Source: Octopus vulgaris
Lineage: Eukaryota
Direction: 5' to 3'
NCBI GenBank assembly: GCA_951406725.2
Contig: OX597833.1
Location: 27,652,001-27,716,000, forward strand
Length of the DNA: 64,000 nt
A program made the translations under genes and the position numbers. Under the pieces are notes generated by a model that was not told the DNA's origin, made no database searches, and saw only the letters and a list, made by a program, of their open reading frames with translations. This document shows, in pieces, positions 1-12,949 of the stretch. How positions within the stretch are numbered: the stretch's first letter is position 1; every line of letters starts with the position of its first letter.

Positions 1-61
1 TATTCATAAATAGCATACACACATGTATGTATGTATGTATGTATGTATGTATGTATGTATG

Positions 62-91
<30 letters not shown>

Positions 92-92
<1 letters not shown>

Positions 93-236
93 GCATGGTT
101 GTGTGGTTATAAAGGTCGTATTGCAAACGCGTGGTTTCGGATTCAATACCACTGCTCCACGCCTTCGGCAAATCTCTTCCACTGTAGCCCCAGGCTGACT
201 AATGTGAATTTGGTAGACGAAAACTGAGTGGAAGCC

Positions 237-240
<4 letters not shown>
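92..240 (+). mobile_element. tRNA-derived SINE family B, 5' half, diverged
   Basis: A/B-box-like head (gtgtggtta...ggattcaatacc) and body motif gaatttggtagacgaaaactga...gaagccc shared with many copies in the window. Confidence 0.7.
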
Positions 241-299
<59 letters not shown>

Positions 300-1226
300 C
301 AGGGGCATATCTAGAGTAAATGGCGCCCGGGGCAAGCACCGTGATTGCCCCCACCACCACCACCACCACCACCACCAAAACGTGGAAACTCGCATAGAAA
401 AGATGAATGACTGGTTTTAAAAAATTGCAATTAAAGATTTAATTAAAAAATGAAGAAAGATTACAATCTTATGTTCCGTTCCGTTAAAGAAAAATCCGTT
501 CTCTCAAATTCATCACTTCCCACTCTGAGAAGGGCGAGATCACTGAGTCGTTGTTGGCTCATGGAGGTTCTAATATACGAAAGTATTAGTTTCAGTTTGC
601 TGAAAGACCTCTCGCAACTGGCGATTGAAACAGAGATCGTCAGCATGATCTGTATGCTGATTCGCTAATTTTGGAAAAATGCATTCATCTCCATATTGAA
701 CGATGAATTCAAGGAGGGCTTCTGGCCTTGTAATCATTTTGGCGGTCCGAGTTGCCAGCAATGCTCTACAGTCCAATATTTCTTCGAAAAAGTGTTCTCC
801 ATTAATATCAGAGTTGTATAAGCCAGCAAGATAGTTGTACTTCTCCTTAAGGGTGAAGTTGTTAGAAACAGTTGCGTAGAGCAAACTATGGACATTGAGA
901 AGAGGACAAAACAGAGTCAGTTTCGTTAAGGCGAGTGAATTGTCCCTCCATTTCAGTTTGAAGACGATTTAGAGCATCCTACATTATTCTTTTAAACTCT
1001 TTCCTTGCGGTTAGTTTAGTGTCCTTGATATTTTCACCAGTGAACTGACGTCTTCGCTTTCTCTGAAAATCGACATTTCATTCCTTGCACAGAGCAAAGC
1101 CATTTTCAAGGGACTCACAGATCAAAGATTCTCCTTTGGCTTCAAAATATATTCGAAGAGCTTTGATATCAGCAGTAGCATCGTGGAAGTTCATACTTAG
1201 ATCTTGAAGTCTCTTTTGAAGTTTCT
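300..1226 (-). mobile_element. hAT DNA transposon 3' fragment (transposase C-terminus with dimerisation domain) and terminus
   Basis: Minus-strand translation LTISVSIASCERSFSKLKLILSYIRTSMSQQRLSDLALL is the hAT dimerisation motif; terminus CAGGGGCATATCTAG...GGCGCCCGGGGCAA at 300; frameshifted. Confidence 0.88.
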
Positions 1227-1243
1227 TATGTATATATATATAT

Positions 1244-2056
1244 TACTCCCAGTTCCTCCGCCTCCGACGTTTGTGCAGCTGCGACCAGGATTTCGAGACC
1301 CAATCTCAATACCTGGCCCGCATGTTCAGACTCCGAGGTTACCCACCCATACTCCTCTCTGATGCCCTCACCCGCGCCCGTCGCATCGACCGCACTACCG
1401 CCCTGTCTCCTTAACCCCGCCCACCCCCGCCCACCCCCAACCGCACCCCCTTCCCCCTCCTTTTCCACCCCTCTACCCTACCCCTTCGTCGCAAGATACT
1501 ACGTGCCTTCCGTCGCCTCCAGCTTGATCCCACCACCCGCCCCATTTTCCCTAACCCACCCCTGTCCTCTTTCAAACGAGCCCGCAATCTGCGTGACCTC
1601 CTGGTCCACAGCACCCTCTCTCCTTCACCCTCAGCCCCACACGGATCATTCCCTTGCTCTAGATCCCGCTGCAACACTTGCCCCTTCATCACCAACACCA
1701 CCGCTGTCACCGGCTCCAACCAGCATACTGTACGCATTAGGCACTCTTTTACGTGCACCTCGTCTGGCCTTATTTACTGCATTAAATGCAACCTATGCGG
1801 GATGCTGTATGTAGGACAGACGGGACGCCGGTTGTCCGACCGTTTCACTGAACATTTGAGGGACGTTCGCCTACACTCTTTTTCTCCCGTCGCACGCCAC
1901 TTCCGCTCGGCCAGCCATTCCCTAGATGACATCTCAGTGTTTGGTCTCGCCCCCCACAATGGTCGCCCACTTTCCAGGCTCCACTTGGAGCAACGCTACA
2001 TCTTCACCCTACAAACTACCACCCCACACGGACTTAACACAGCCCCCTCCTCTTGA
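1244..2056 (+). pseudogene. PLE RT thumb, Zn-finger linker and GIY-YIG endonuclease remnant
   Basis: One frame reads YSQFLRLRRLCS...FKRARNLRDLLVHS...FPCSRSRCNTCPF...LIYCIKCNLCGMLYVGQTGRRLSDRFTEH...EQRYIFTLQTTTPHGLN; one in-frame TAA at 1412. Confidence 0.92.
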
Positions 2057-2084
2057 GATTCGCTTTTTTTTTTTCCCGGATACA

Positions 2085-3570
2085 CCACCCACACACACCC
2101 ACCCACCTACCTCCCACACGCCTGTTCACACACACACATACGTAGACCCATCTACGTACATACATTCACACATATAATCACACACACTTATAGACATACA
2201 TGCACACACTAACATACAAACCAACATGCACATACACACACACATACATACATACACACACACATACATACTTACACACACACACACACAGACATACATA
2301 CACACATACATACACACATACATACGCACAAACATACACACACACTCACACACACACACCGCACGTACATACTTCACACACACACACATGCACACATACA
2401 TGTAGGCACACACATACATACATACCCACACATGCACACCCTTACACTGAATGCACACACACATACACCTTTTTGCATCCAGGCAGCCCCCCTCTTTTCT
2501 GCTTTCCGGTTTTGGCTGATGGATCCTCGGTTCCCGCGTAGCGGGCGTTCGAGGGCCTTTGCGCTCGCGCGCCTTGGCGCGCGCTGGGGGCTTGGTCGGC
2601 CCCTTGGGCTTGCGTTGTATTGCTTGTGCGTTGTGTGCGTGAGCGCGCTTCGTGTGTGTGGGCTTGCTTCGGATGTGCGCGTGCGTATGTATGCATACAT
2701 ACCCACACACTCGCATGCATCCCTACCCACATACATACACGCACACCTACTCACACACACACATACACACACACACACACATACCCGCACACACACACAC
2801 ATACATACATACACACACATACCTACTTCAGACATACACACACACAGACATACACCCATACACTCACACTCACACGCATACACACACACACATACACACG
2901 CACACGTACACATACACACACACACACACCTACATACATACATTACACTTGTACACACACACACTTACATTCATGCACACACACACCTACACAGCCATAC
3001 CCTCACTCAGACACACACACCTACCTACACACACACACAAACATACACAGACACACACCCATACATACATACATCTACACACACGCCTACACACATACAT
3101 ACACACATACATAAACACACACACATACACATACAAACACATACGCACACACACATATACTTATACACATGCACACACACACACATACATACATACACCC
3201 ATACACATACACACACACATACCTACATACTCCTATACGCACATACATACACACATACATTACTCTTACACACATTCAATCTACTCGCCATTAATACTAC
3301 CACGACACTGGACACACACACACACTACTACTCAACACACGCTGGCACGCTACATACGCCCCCACCCCTTCCCCTCCCTCCCTTCCTCCTTCCTTCTTTT
3401 TCTTACTACTGACCACTGTCTGCTATGCCTACTACTGTCTCGCCCTACCTCACACGCCTACACACAGACGCACACACTAACACATACATATATTTTTTGT
3501 TTTTTTATCTCGCCTCACACACACACATACACACACGCACACGCACACACTCACACATACACACACATCT
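2085..3570. repeat. Compound (CA)n/(CATA)n degenerate microsatellite with a GC-rich island at ~2470-2700
   Basis: Direct reading; source of the His/Thr-rich spurious ORFs. Confidence 0.9.
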
Positions 3571-3740
3571 GTTGCGTTACCAACCTTGTCTCCACTCTTT
3601 TGGCTTTAAAAACCTACTTTGCTCTTGTTATCGTAAACTTCCGCCTTTCACCATGTGTAACTCGTAAACACCAGTCGTTTTTTTCTCTATCTCCTGTTGC
3701 CCGCTTTGGGATCTTTCTTTCCTCTCTCTTCCTTCTTTAT

Positions 3741-3775
3741 GTTTCCGACGAAGAGCTCCGCTCGAAACGTCATAC
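3741..3775 (+). ncRNA. Minimal type I hammerhead ribozyme variant in the PLE pseudo-LTR
   Basis: GUUU-CCGACGA-A-GAGC(UCC)GCUC-GAAA-CG-UC-AUAC; U4C core variant, palindromic ACGU stem III. Confidence 0.65.
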
Positions 3776-3862
3776 CTTCCTGCTTCCATTTCCTGAGCGC
3801 CTATTAATAATAATACTGTAATTGTTCCATTGTTGTTGTTTTTTTGTTTTCCCGTTTGGATT

Positions 3863-3900
<38 letters not shown>

Positions 3901-3905
<5 letters not shown>

Positions 3906-5118
3906 TTAGATAAAACTTAGATATGTTTCGACCAGAGATTGGTCCAGGCCATGTCTAACTTAATAGCACCACCTGATAGGATTATTCGAATCAAGTCAAG
4001 TTTTGTTCAAGTAGTGAGTTCTTGTTGGGTGAGTTGTATCCAGTTTTGTTCAAGTAGTGAGTTCTTGTTGGGTGAGTTGTATCCAATTATGGGTGGCTTG
4101 TCTGGTATTCTTTGAAGGAATCTATCCAGACTCTGTTTGAAGTTGATGGGATCCTTTTCCTCTTTGATCTCCCTCGGGACAATGTTAAATAGGGCAGGGC
4201 CTGTTGAGGAAAAGAAATTATGTTGCAGTGTACATGTATGTTGTGATCTTGAATTTGGCAGGGGACGTATAGCCCGTGGTCCAAGTCTCGGATGAACCTT
4301 GAAGCTAATGTTTAGGTCGTTTGGGCAAAGTTGGCGGTATATTTTCCACATCGTACAAATGATGTACCGCTCACGGCGACGCTGGAGGGAGTAAGGTTTC
4401 AAGGCTTTAAGGCGATCCCAATAGTCGAGAGCAGCCATGCCTTCAATTTGTTTAGTGAGAGCCCTCTGGGGTGACTCAATTCTGGAGATGTTTTGTCTTG
4501 TGTGAGGAGACCACAGTGGGCAGCAGTATTCAAGGTGTGGCCGTACAAAGGATGAAAAAAGTGGTATGATGACACCTTGTTCTCTGGACCGGAAAGTTCT
4601 TAAGATCCAGGAACTCATCCTACGAGCTGTATCGACCTTCTTGTTGATGTGTGCACTCCAACTGAGATCGTCATCAACAATTACACCCAGGTCTCTGATA
4701 TTGTTAGAGGCTGTGAGCGGTTCCCCTGAAGGAAGAGAGTATGGTTGTTTTAGTGAGGAATTTCTTCCAAAATGCATCAGCTCAAATTTTCCCTCATTCA
4801 GTTGCATTTTGTTTCTGTCTGCCCATTGACTCACAGCATATAGGTCAGACTGGAGTTGAGTTCGGTCTGCTTCTTCATTGACGATTTGCTGGAGCTTAGT
4901 GTCATCAGCGAATATTTTCACTTTGCAGTGATGTACGACACTGGAAAGGTCGTTTACATAAATTATGAAGAGTAGCGGACCCAAAACAGTTCCCTGGGGA
5001 ACACCGCTGGTGACTTTTGCTGGGTTTGAGTGGACTCCATCAACTACAACATGTTGTGTTCTATTCGCTAGGAAATACTGAATCCAGTGTAGAACTTTTC
5101 CACGGATTCCAACATTTG

Positions 5119-5120
<2 letters not shown>
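3901..5120 (-). mobile_element. CR1/Jockey-group LINE, 3' fragment (RT C-terminus)
   Basis: ORF 4007-4984 GPLLFIIYVNDL...KIFADDTKL...IRDLGVIVDDDLSWSAHI...SFVRPHLEYC; SGVPQGTVLG upstream; 3' tail of tandem (aaacttagat) units. Confidence 0.93.
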
Positions 5121-5175
<55 letters not shown>

Positions 5176-5176
<1 letters not shown>

Positions 5177-5353
5177 ACGTAAAGTATAATAGCCATCTCA
5201 ATATGGCTAACCACTAAGGGTGGGTGTTACTGTAGCTTTTAGCTCCATCTACAGTAACACCCACCCTTAGTGGTTAGCCATATTGAGATGGCTATTATAC
5301 TTTACGTTGTCGAGCGGTTACTGTTTATATCTCGTTCAGAGATTTATTATTGC
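5176..5353 (+). repeat. Perfect 60-bp inverted repeat with 13-nt loop and 45-nt one-sided tail, inside (TA)n
   Basis: 5176-5235 is the exact reverse complement of 5249-5308. Confidence 0.95.
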
Positions 5354-6213
5354 TATATATATATACATATATATACATATATATACATATATATACATAT
5401 ATATATACATATATCACAGCTGCATCCTCGTTACATGAGAAAAGCCATTGCCAAGAAGACTTACTGAAATGATTCATCATTGTTGCCATGTGATGCCCTT
5501 ATATGACTTTTAAGTCCGGTCAAGCTTTTACGCATTTTATTACATACTAAACAACTGTGCTGGCTGGCAGGAGAAACAGGTGCCACCACATGCACTCTCT
5601 TAACATTTCTTTTAAGACCTACAAATGAGAGGCACACCCTTCCACATTTTACACATGTTCTGTTATAAAATTTAATAGCTACATCATTGTTTATCATGGA
5701 TCGATTTCTATGAGAACTTTGATGGCTCACCAGGCCTGCACGACTCAAACACCTCCGCCAACAAACCACAGACATAAAAAGCAACACTCTCACTTTCCAT
5801 AGGTTCCCTACTTCTAAGCCCCCTCCTAATTCTCTCATACTTCACTCTCTCCTTCTCAAACCTTGAACAGCTATCATGTCCTATCTTCTTCCATCCATCA
5901 CGGTCTTGTGCCTCCCTCTCCCAATTACCAACTGCAAATTCCTGTCTGTATTAGAACATTTTTAAGGCAATCCTTAAACCTTAGTTTAGGCTTATGCGCT
6001 GGTCTTCTGCCATCTTACAGCTGACAATACAATAGCTGCTTGGGCAGTCGCTCACCACTCATACTTACCAAATGTCCCCTGCCTCACCTCAAACGTCTTT
6101 GCAAAATCATTGACTCTATATTTCTACTGCTACTTCTCTCAAGCACTTCCACATTACTAATGGCCATTTTCCAGTTTATTCCCCAAATTTTTCTCAGACG
6201 GTATTGATGACAT

Positions 6214-6448
6214 GGCGGCGAGCTGGCAGAATCGTTAGCACGCCGGGCGAAATGCTTAGCAGTATTTCGTCTGCCGTTACGTTCGGAGTTCAAATTCCGC
6301 CGAAGTCGACTTTGCCTTTCATCCTTTCGGGGTCGATTAAATAAGTACCAGTTACGCACTGGAGTCGATATAATCGACTTAATCCGTTTGTCTGTCCTTG
6401 TTTGTCCACTCTATGTTTAGCCCCTTGTGGGTAGTAAAGAAATAGGTA
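6214..6448 (+). mobile_element. tRNA-derived SINE family A (Nin-domain-like core)
   Basis: ggcggcgagctggcagaatcgttagc head, gagttcaaattcc B box, gactttgcctttcatcctttcggggtcgat core; inserted in the RTE element. Confidence 0.88.
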
Positions 6449-7032
6449 TAGATTATGTTCTTTCCACAGATGCCTATCAAGCCTACCAAAAGCACTACTA
6501 ACCCTGCTGATTCTGTACGAAATTTCATCATCAAGACCAACAGTGCTCAAGGTACTTCCTAAATAAATAAATCTAGGTACAATCTCCAACCTTTGACCAT
6601 TCACAGTTATAAAAGGTTCCACATACATCTATGAAGGAGCGAGGTAGTACGTTATAACAGTTTTTTTTTAGATTAACTGTTAGACCCAATGCTGCACATG
6701 CTGCAGAAATCACATTCACCATGTGCTGCATAACTTTCTGAGAATGTGCCAACAGGTCACAATCATCTGCATGCAGAAACTCAACAAGGCGAGAAAGCAG
6801 AACTTTCGTTTTGGCACAGAGTCTTTTGAGATTGAACAGTTTTCCTGTTGTCCTATATCTTATACAGGCCCCTCGAGGGCAATCTTTAAAAGCTATTTGA
6901 AAGACTATTGCGAAATATATAGGAAACAGTGTAGGAGCAGGAATATCACCTGGCTTTACACCATTTTCTACAGAAATTGGATCTGATAAGGTACCTCCAA
7001 CATTAACTCTCATTTCCATCTTGTCATGAAAT

Positions 7033-7080
<48 letters not shown>

Positions 7081-7087
7081 GATACTT

Positions 7088-7225
7088 ACGACGGGCTTCT
7101 TTCAGTTTCCGTGGATTAAATCCATTCACAAAGCATTGGTCAACCTGCGGCAAGGTGTCACGCAGTGGGACTGAATCCGGAACCATGTGGTTGAGAAGCA
7201 AGCTTCTTACCACACAGCCACGCCT
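7088..7225 (-). mobile_element. SINE family B, 5' half
   Basis: Reverse complement of the family B head and body. Confidence 0.8.
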
Positions 7226-8214
7226 ATTGTTATATTCATTGTTGATTATTGTTTTCCCTTTTCCTGACTACTCCACATCCTGATTATTTTAGATTCTAAT
7301 CCATGTACACTGATTGTGTCTCCACCTCCTTCCCTACAGCAAAGAACATGGAATGTTTGTCTGAATTCATTGCCTTGGTCTCCTTTTTAGTTTGAAGAGG
7401 TGATTATAGCTAGGGTATTATCATATTTCATATTTGGTATATATGCGAAGAACACTTTACTGTTCATAGGGGGAAGTGTCGCATATTACCCCTGCCGACT
7501 TGATTATGTCTATGGATATAATCGGATTCTAGAAAGCGACGGCGAGCTGACAGAATCTTTAACACACTGAGCGAAATGCCGGTAGTTAATCAGTTACTAT
7601 CTGTAGCAGTTTTTAATTGTTTATCATCTACAGCGTACAACTTACGGTCGTCCATATTTTGTATCCGAATCCAGCTTGGATTCAGATGTTGGTTACAGAC
7701 TTTAGTATCAGGGAGAAAAAAGTAGAGAGAGGGAATAACGTGGAATATTCTTCTTCCGATGAAAATGGTGTTAGTTTTTAGAATTCCTTCAAGTATTTGC
7801 ATATTCTGGATTTTTATGAAAGAGTTTAATGTTTGATTGCTCCAGGAAACATCCGACTGGATTCGGCCAGGAGATTTAGCTGCTTCCAATAGCCACTCCA
7901 GGAGTCCTCAGGATACTGAAGCCGGTGATGCACTGCCACGTACTGATGCTAACATACCTACAGAGAATCCTGGACAATAGCTACTTTGAACATGTATCAT
8001 CACCGTTTGCGTGGTATGTTTTTCTCAGCTCGTCCCTTTCACCAAGCAGCAGTTGTAGATCAAGCACAAGGCCGAGATTGGGCTTTTGGCATTTGGAAAG
8101 TTGTGCTCTAAGAAAGTGTGAATGAGGTGCTGACCTACAATACACTTTGTGAATGGTGGGTCAGAGTGGGGTAATTGACGTGGATAAGTGGATCTAATCA
8201 ATCTATGTATTTTC

Positions 8215-8380
8215 AGGATGGCATAATCGATAGAGCGTAGAAAATCCCTTGCAGTATTTCTTACGCCTCTTTACGTCATGGTTTCAAATTCCACCGAGGC
8301 CAACTTTGCATTTCCTCCTTTCGGGGTCAATAAAATAAATTACCAATCAAGTAATAGAATTGATGTAATCGAAAACAATT
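8215..8380 (+). mobile_element. SINE family A, diverged
   Basis: tttcaaattccaccgaggccaactttgcatttcctcctttcggggtcaataaa core. Confidence 0.7.
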
Positions 8381-8384
8381 CTCC

Positions 8385-9182
8385 AAGTCTCACCCAGAGA
8401 CCTCAAGAGACAAGTTGGAAGTTCGTGTTGGTGTTATGCCTAGGGTGCCACATATTTGGTTTTGTACTTAGTGTTGTACTAGTGAATGTCTAAAAAAACC
8501 ATACGAAAATTATGTTTGTTTTAAAACTTGAGATTACATAGAAAGTATTTTGCGTAGGATATGAGCAGTTCCCATGAGCACTATCTTTTGAATTTCTGCC
8601 ATTTTGGGGTGTCCTGGTATCTGAGTTAGGTACCAATCAGCCCCTTTTGCTATCATTCCCAGGGCACCTATGACAACAGGTATTGTTTTAATATTCAAGT
8701 TCCACATTTTGCTGATTTCTATTTGAAGATCTTTATATTTGCTCAGTTTCTGGTAGGTCTAGACAGATACGTTTATATCGATTGGGACAGTCATATCAAT
8801 GAGGCGGCAGGTTTTTTGTCTGAAGTCTTTCAATATGATGTCTGGCCTATTCGCATCTATCTTTCTGTCAGTTTGAATGGTGAAGTTCCAGAGGAGTGAG
8901 ATGTTGTCATTTTCAAGCACTGGAGGTTGTTTGTCTTCCCACCAGTTTTTATCATAGGGCAAGTCCAGGTTTTTGCAAATTACCCAGTGAATATATTGTG
9001 CAGCTCTATCATGCTTATTGAGGTACTCTGTAGGCGCTAGAAGACTACATTTGGAGACAACATGATCAATGGTTTCATTGTGTTGTTGACGTACACGACA
9101 TGTTGGGCTACTGCCGTTCTTTAATATGCTGGCCTGGTAGTTCCTTGTAGGTAGGCATTGATCTTGAGCTGCTATGATAAAC

Positions 9183-9183
<1 letters not shown>
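8385..9183 (-). mobile_element. R4/Dong-like non-LTR retrotransposon 3' fragment (CCHC plus restriction-like endonuclease) at a (TAA)n tract
   Basis: AAQDQCLPTRNY...CRV...ETIDHVVSKC...HDRAAQYIHW...LWNFTIQTDRKIDANRPDII...LIDMTVP...KLSKYKDL...IPVVIGALG. Confidence 0.92.
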
Positions 9184-9237
<54 letters not shown>

Positions 9238-9355
9238 CATTATTATCATCATCATCATCATCGTCATCATCATCATCATTAACATTATTATCATTATTAT
9301 TATCATCATCATAATAATTATCATTATTATCATTATTATTATCATCATCATTATC

Positions 9356-9414
<59 letters not shown>
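9184..9414. repeat. (TAA)n/(TCA)n microsatellite
   Basis: Direct reading. Confidence 0.95.
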
Positions 9415-9415
<1 letters not shown>

Positions 9416-9733
9416 GAAAGAGCAGCGCAAGCCATCAAATTGACAGTGGGGTACAAATATACGAAGCCCAATATACTCATCATGATTACCCGTCTAATAA
9501 AGGTACACCAGGCACATGCATTACAACCATATGTGTGCGACATGGTGATTTCATATCAAGTCAACAGCGAATGACCTTGCAGTTCAAGCTGGTAATATTC
9601 CTAGGGTGTAATATATTTGGTTTTGCACATAGTATTGATCTAGAGAATGTTTAAGAAAATTATAGGTTTGTTTTAAAATTTGAGATTACATAGTCAGTAT
9701 TTTACGTAGGATATGGGCAGTTTCCATGAGCAC
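9415..9733 (-). mobile_element. Composite: end of the TAA-targeted non-autonomous element (9415-9582) joined to a Dong 3' fragment (9583-9733)
   Basis: 9415-9582 matches 9840-10010; 9583-9733 matches ~8420-8582. Confidence 0.75.
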
Positions 9734-9757
9734 TAATTGTTGTTGTTGCTGTTATTG

Positions 9758-9839
<82 letters not shown>

Positions 9840-9840
<1 letters not shown>

Positions 9841-10340
9841 GAGTGAGAGAACAGTGCATACCATTAAAGTGACACTGGGATAAAATATACGAAGCCCAAT
9901 ATATCCATTATGACTACCCGTCTGATAAGGGTACACCAGACACATGCATCACAACCATATTTGCGCGACATGGAGATCTCATATCAAGATAAACAGTGCA
10001 TGACCTTGCAGTAATTTTTTCAAGTCGAGTAGCCCATCCCGCTCAAAAGGTCCCTGAATAAGAGCTGTTTCAGGTTTCCAAAGAATTCCTTTCAACACAC
10101 ACGGCTATGATGCTCCCCCACTACTTCTGCTCATGATCAGAGATGCACATATCGTCAGCCACTAAGGGACAGGCTCAACTGGTTAAGGTCAAACAACTGA
10201 CAAGCAAATCTGTAGTATTGAGCAGAATATTTGTTGTAGCCCATCTTTTATACCAAGACAAAACAATGTACATGATAAGACTTCCAATCAGTTAAGATCA
10301 GAAGCCACGAGAGCCACTGCCTGGTACTGCATCAGGGTAT
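9840..10340 (-). mobile_element. ~500-bp non-coding repeat inserted in (TAA)n
   Basis: Colinear with 60980-61531; (TAA)n on both sides; strand is inferred. Confidence 0.85.
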
Positions 10341-10360
10341 TTATTATTATTATTATTATT

Positions 10361-10581
10361 CTCTTTACTCTTTCTTGTACTCTTTTACTTATTTCAGTCA
10401 TTTGACTGCGGCCATGCTGGAGCACCGCCTTTAGTCGAGCAAATCGACCCCGGGACTTATTCTTTGTAAGCCCAGTACTTATTCTATCAGTCTCTTTTTG
10501 CCGAACCGCTAAGTGACGGGGACGTAAACACACCTGCATCGGTTGTCAAGCAATGCTAGGGGGAAAAACACAGACACACAA

Positions 10582-10616
<35 letters not shown>

Positions 10617-10787
10617 CATATATACGACAGGCTTCTTTCAGTTTCCGTCTACCAAATCCACTCACAAGGCATTGGTAGGCCCGGGGCTATAGCAGAAGAC
10701 ACTTGCCCAAGATGCCACGCAGTGGGACTGAACCCGGAACCATGTGGTTGGTTAGCAAGCTACTTACCACACAGCTATTCCTGCGCC

Positions 10788-10788
<1 letters not shown>
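10361..10788 (-). mobile_element. SINE family B, full length
   Basis: tRNA-like head, internal (TA/CA) tract, conserved 3' half ending cagtcaaatgactgaaa; many copies in window. Confidence 0.9.
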
Positions 10789-10866
<78 letters not shown>

Positions 10867-10869
10867 TTA

Positions 10870-11085
10870 AAAGTGGAGTGTTGTCAGAATTGTTAACACG
10901 TCGGAGAAAATGTTTAGCGGTATTTCACCCGTCTTTACGTTCTGAGTTCAAATTCCGCTGAGGTCGACTTTGCCTTTCATTCTTTCGGGGTCGATAAATT
11001 AAGCCCCAGTGAAAAACTGGGGTATATGCAATCGACTCATCTCCTCCCCTAAAATGGCTGCCCTAGCGGCAAAATTGGAAACTAT
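10870..11085 (+). mobile_element. SINE family A
   Basis: gagttcaaattccgctgaggtcgactttgcctttcattctttcggggtcgataaa. Confidence 0.82.
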
Positions 11086-11635
11086 TATTATTATTAATAT
11101 TACAATAGTAGTACTAGGAGTGGAGGCGGCGGTGGCAGTGGTGGTGGTAGTGGTGGTGACAGTATTGGCGGCGGCGGTGGTAGTATTGGCGGCGGTGATG
11201 ATGGTGATGATGGTGATGGTAGTCAGAATATTCCAATTATAACTAGAAATTGAAGTTACGTCAAACAGAAGAGAAATTGTTTTTCAAAAAATGGAAATTT
11301 TATGAAAATTTGAAGAGATAACAATACAATCATTGCATGATAATGTCGACGACGACGATGACAAGGATGACAACATCCGATGATAATCATGATGCTGTGC
11401 AAGATTGTTGTTGTGATGTCGGATGTGGCAATTTTCAGGATCCTGGTGATGATGAAGGTGGAGACGGCCGTGAAGGTGGTAGCCATGGTGAAAAGATAAC
11501 GGGAGGCAAGAAGGAGGAAGAAGAAAAAGAAGACGAGCATGAGGAAGAGGAGATGCCGTAGGAAATGAAACAAGAACGATGGCTTTAACTGATGTCTGTG
11601 TGTATGTATATGAGAGCATGTGTAACTGTGTGTGC

Positions 11636-11689
<54 letters not shown>

Positions 11690-11758
11690 GTATATATATA
11701 TATACATATATATATATATGTATGTATGTATGTATATGCATGTATGTATATGCATTTA

Positions 11759-11807
<49 letters not shown>

Positions 11808-12003
11808 ATATATATATATATATATATATACACATACATATATGCATATTTATAAACAGATGTACACACATCTATACACATACACATATGTATCGCTATA
11901 CATTTGTATGAATGTATATGTATATACGTGTGTATGTATGCATACATGTATGCTTGTGTGAGTGTGTGTGTGAGTGCGTATGCGTTCTTGCTATATGTAT
12001 ATA

Positions 12004-12089
<86 letters not shown>

Positions 12090-12369
12090 ATATACATATA
12101 CATATATATGTGCGTGTGCGTGCGTGTGTATGTGTGCGTTCGTGTGTAATTGAATGGCTGCCATTGGCAGATGCAAATGTTAATTGGAACGGACAAATGA
12201 ACGTTTTTCTGGTACTCTTTAAACATACGCCGCCGCTCCATTGATCTACATTCCGACGACAACTTGCAAGCACACGCATGTGCGTATCGACGGGCACATA
12301 TACACATACACATGTATGCATACCTATATATATTATATATATATAAGTATATATTTAAGTATGTATGTG

Positions 12370-12403
<34 letters not shown>

Positions 12404-12949
12404 TGTATGTATGTATGTATGTATGAATATATATGCATACGTATATATATTGTTTTGTCTTTATTTAGGAAGGCTGAAGGTAGTCAGTTTATTTTTCATT
12501 GTTTAGGAATGGAGAGCGCGGTCTTTGGTTTTCCGGGCCTTGACCGCTCCAACATGTTAAGCCTTGTTTTTGTGTTTGTTATGGCATTTCAGAGGGCCCT
12601 AGAAATACTTGATGGTGCCCATCTCCTCTCTAAGCAGTCAGTCTTTCAGTCTCGAAGCTAAAAGTGGGAGTCAGATGGGAACCAGTGTACCCGTCCATCC
12701 TTAAGTATGGTGCTGCCGGAAATAAAGGCATTGTCTCCTAAAACATTGACGCTCAAAGCTTACCAAGGCACAAATAGTTAACTGTCAAGAGATATGGGAG
12801 ACGAAGCAGTGGTCAAAGGAGTAGATCCAATCGCCGATGATACCCATTCCCAAGAAAGGCAACTTAAGACTGCCAGAAATATAAAACAATCAGCCTAATT
12901 AGCCACCCAAGCAAGTTATTACTAAGGGTATAGACTTAAGGGAAGGCAG

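Larger units (their letters stand above)
1244..3868 (+). mobile_element. Penelope-like retroelement (Neptune-type), 5'-truncated, with long 3' region and pseudo-LTR
   Basis: Coding remnant 1244-2056, (CA)-expanded 3' region, hammerhead-like motif at 3741-3775, (TA)n at both ends; 3' end similar to 22437-22620 (minus). Confidence 0.85.
5420..7520 (-). mobile_element. RTE-clade LINE, decayed, with C-terminal C2H2 zinc fingers; interrupted by SINEs
   Basis: RQFHDKM...ENGVKPGDIPAPTLF...EFLHADDCDL, FIYLGSTLS, and three CxxC...HxxxH-like motifs in ORF 5461-5838. Confidence 0.88.

Noticed and set aside
2126-3821. Long His/Thr- or Val/Cys-rich ORFs (up to 389 aa) and similar YIYI/MYVC ORFs across the window
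   Set aside because: They are translations of (CA)n, (TA)n and (TATG)n microsatellites, which lack stop codons.
8759-9430. Asn/Asp-rich N-terminus fused to an endonuclease
   Set aside because: This is read-through from the (TAA)n target tract into a 5'-truncated Dong fragment.
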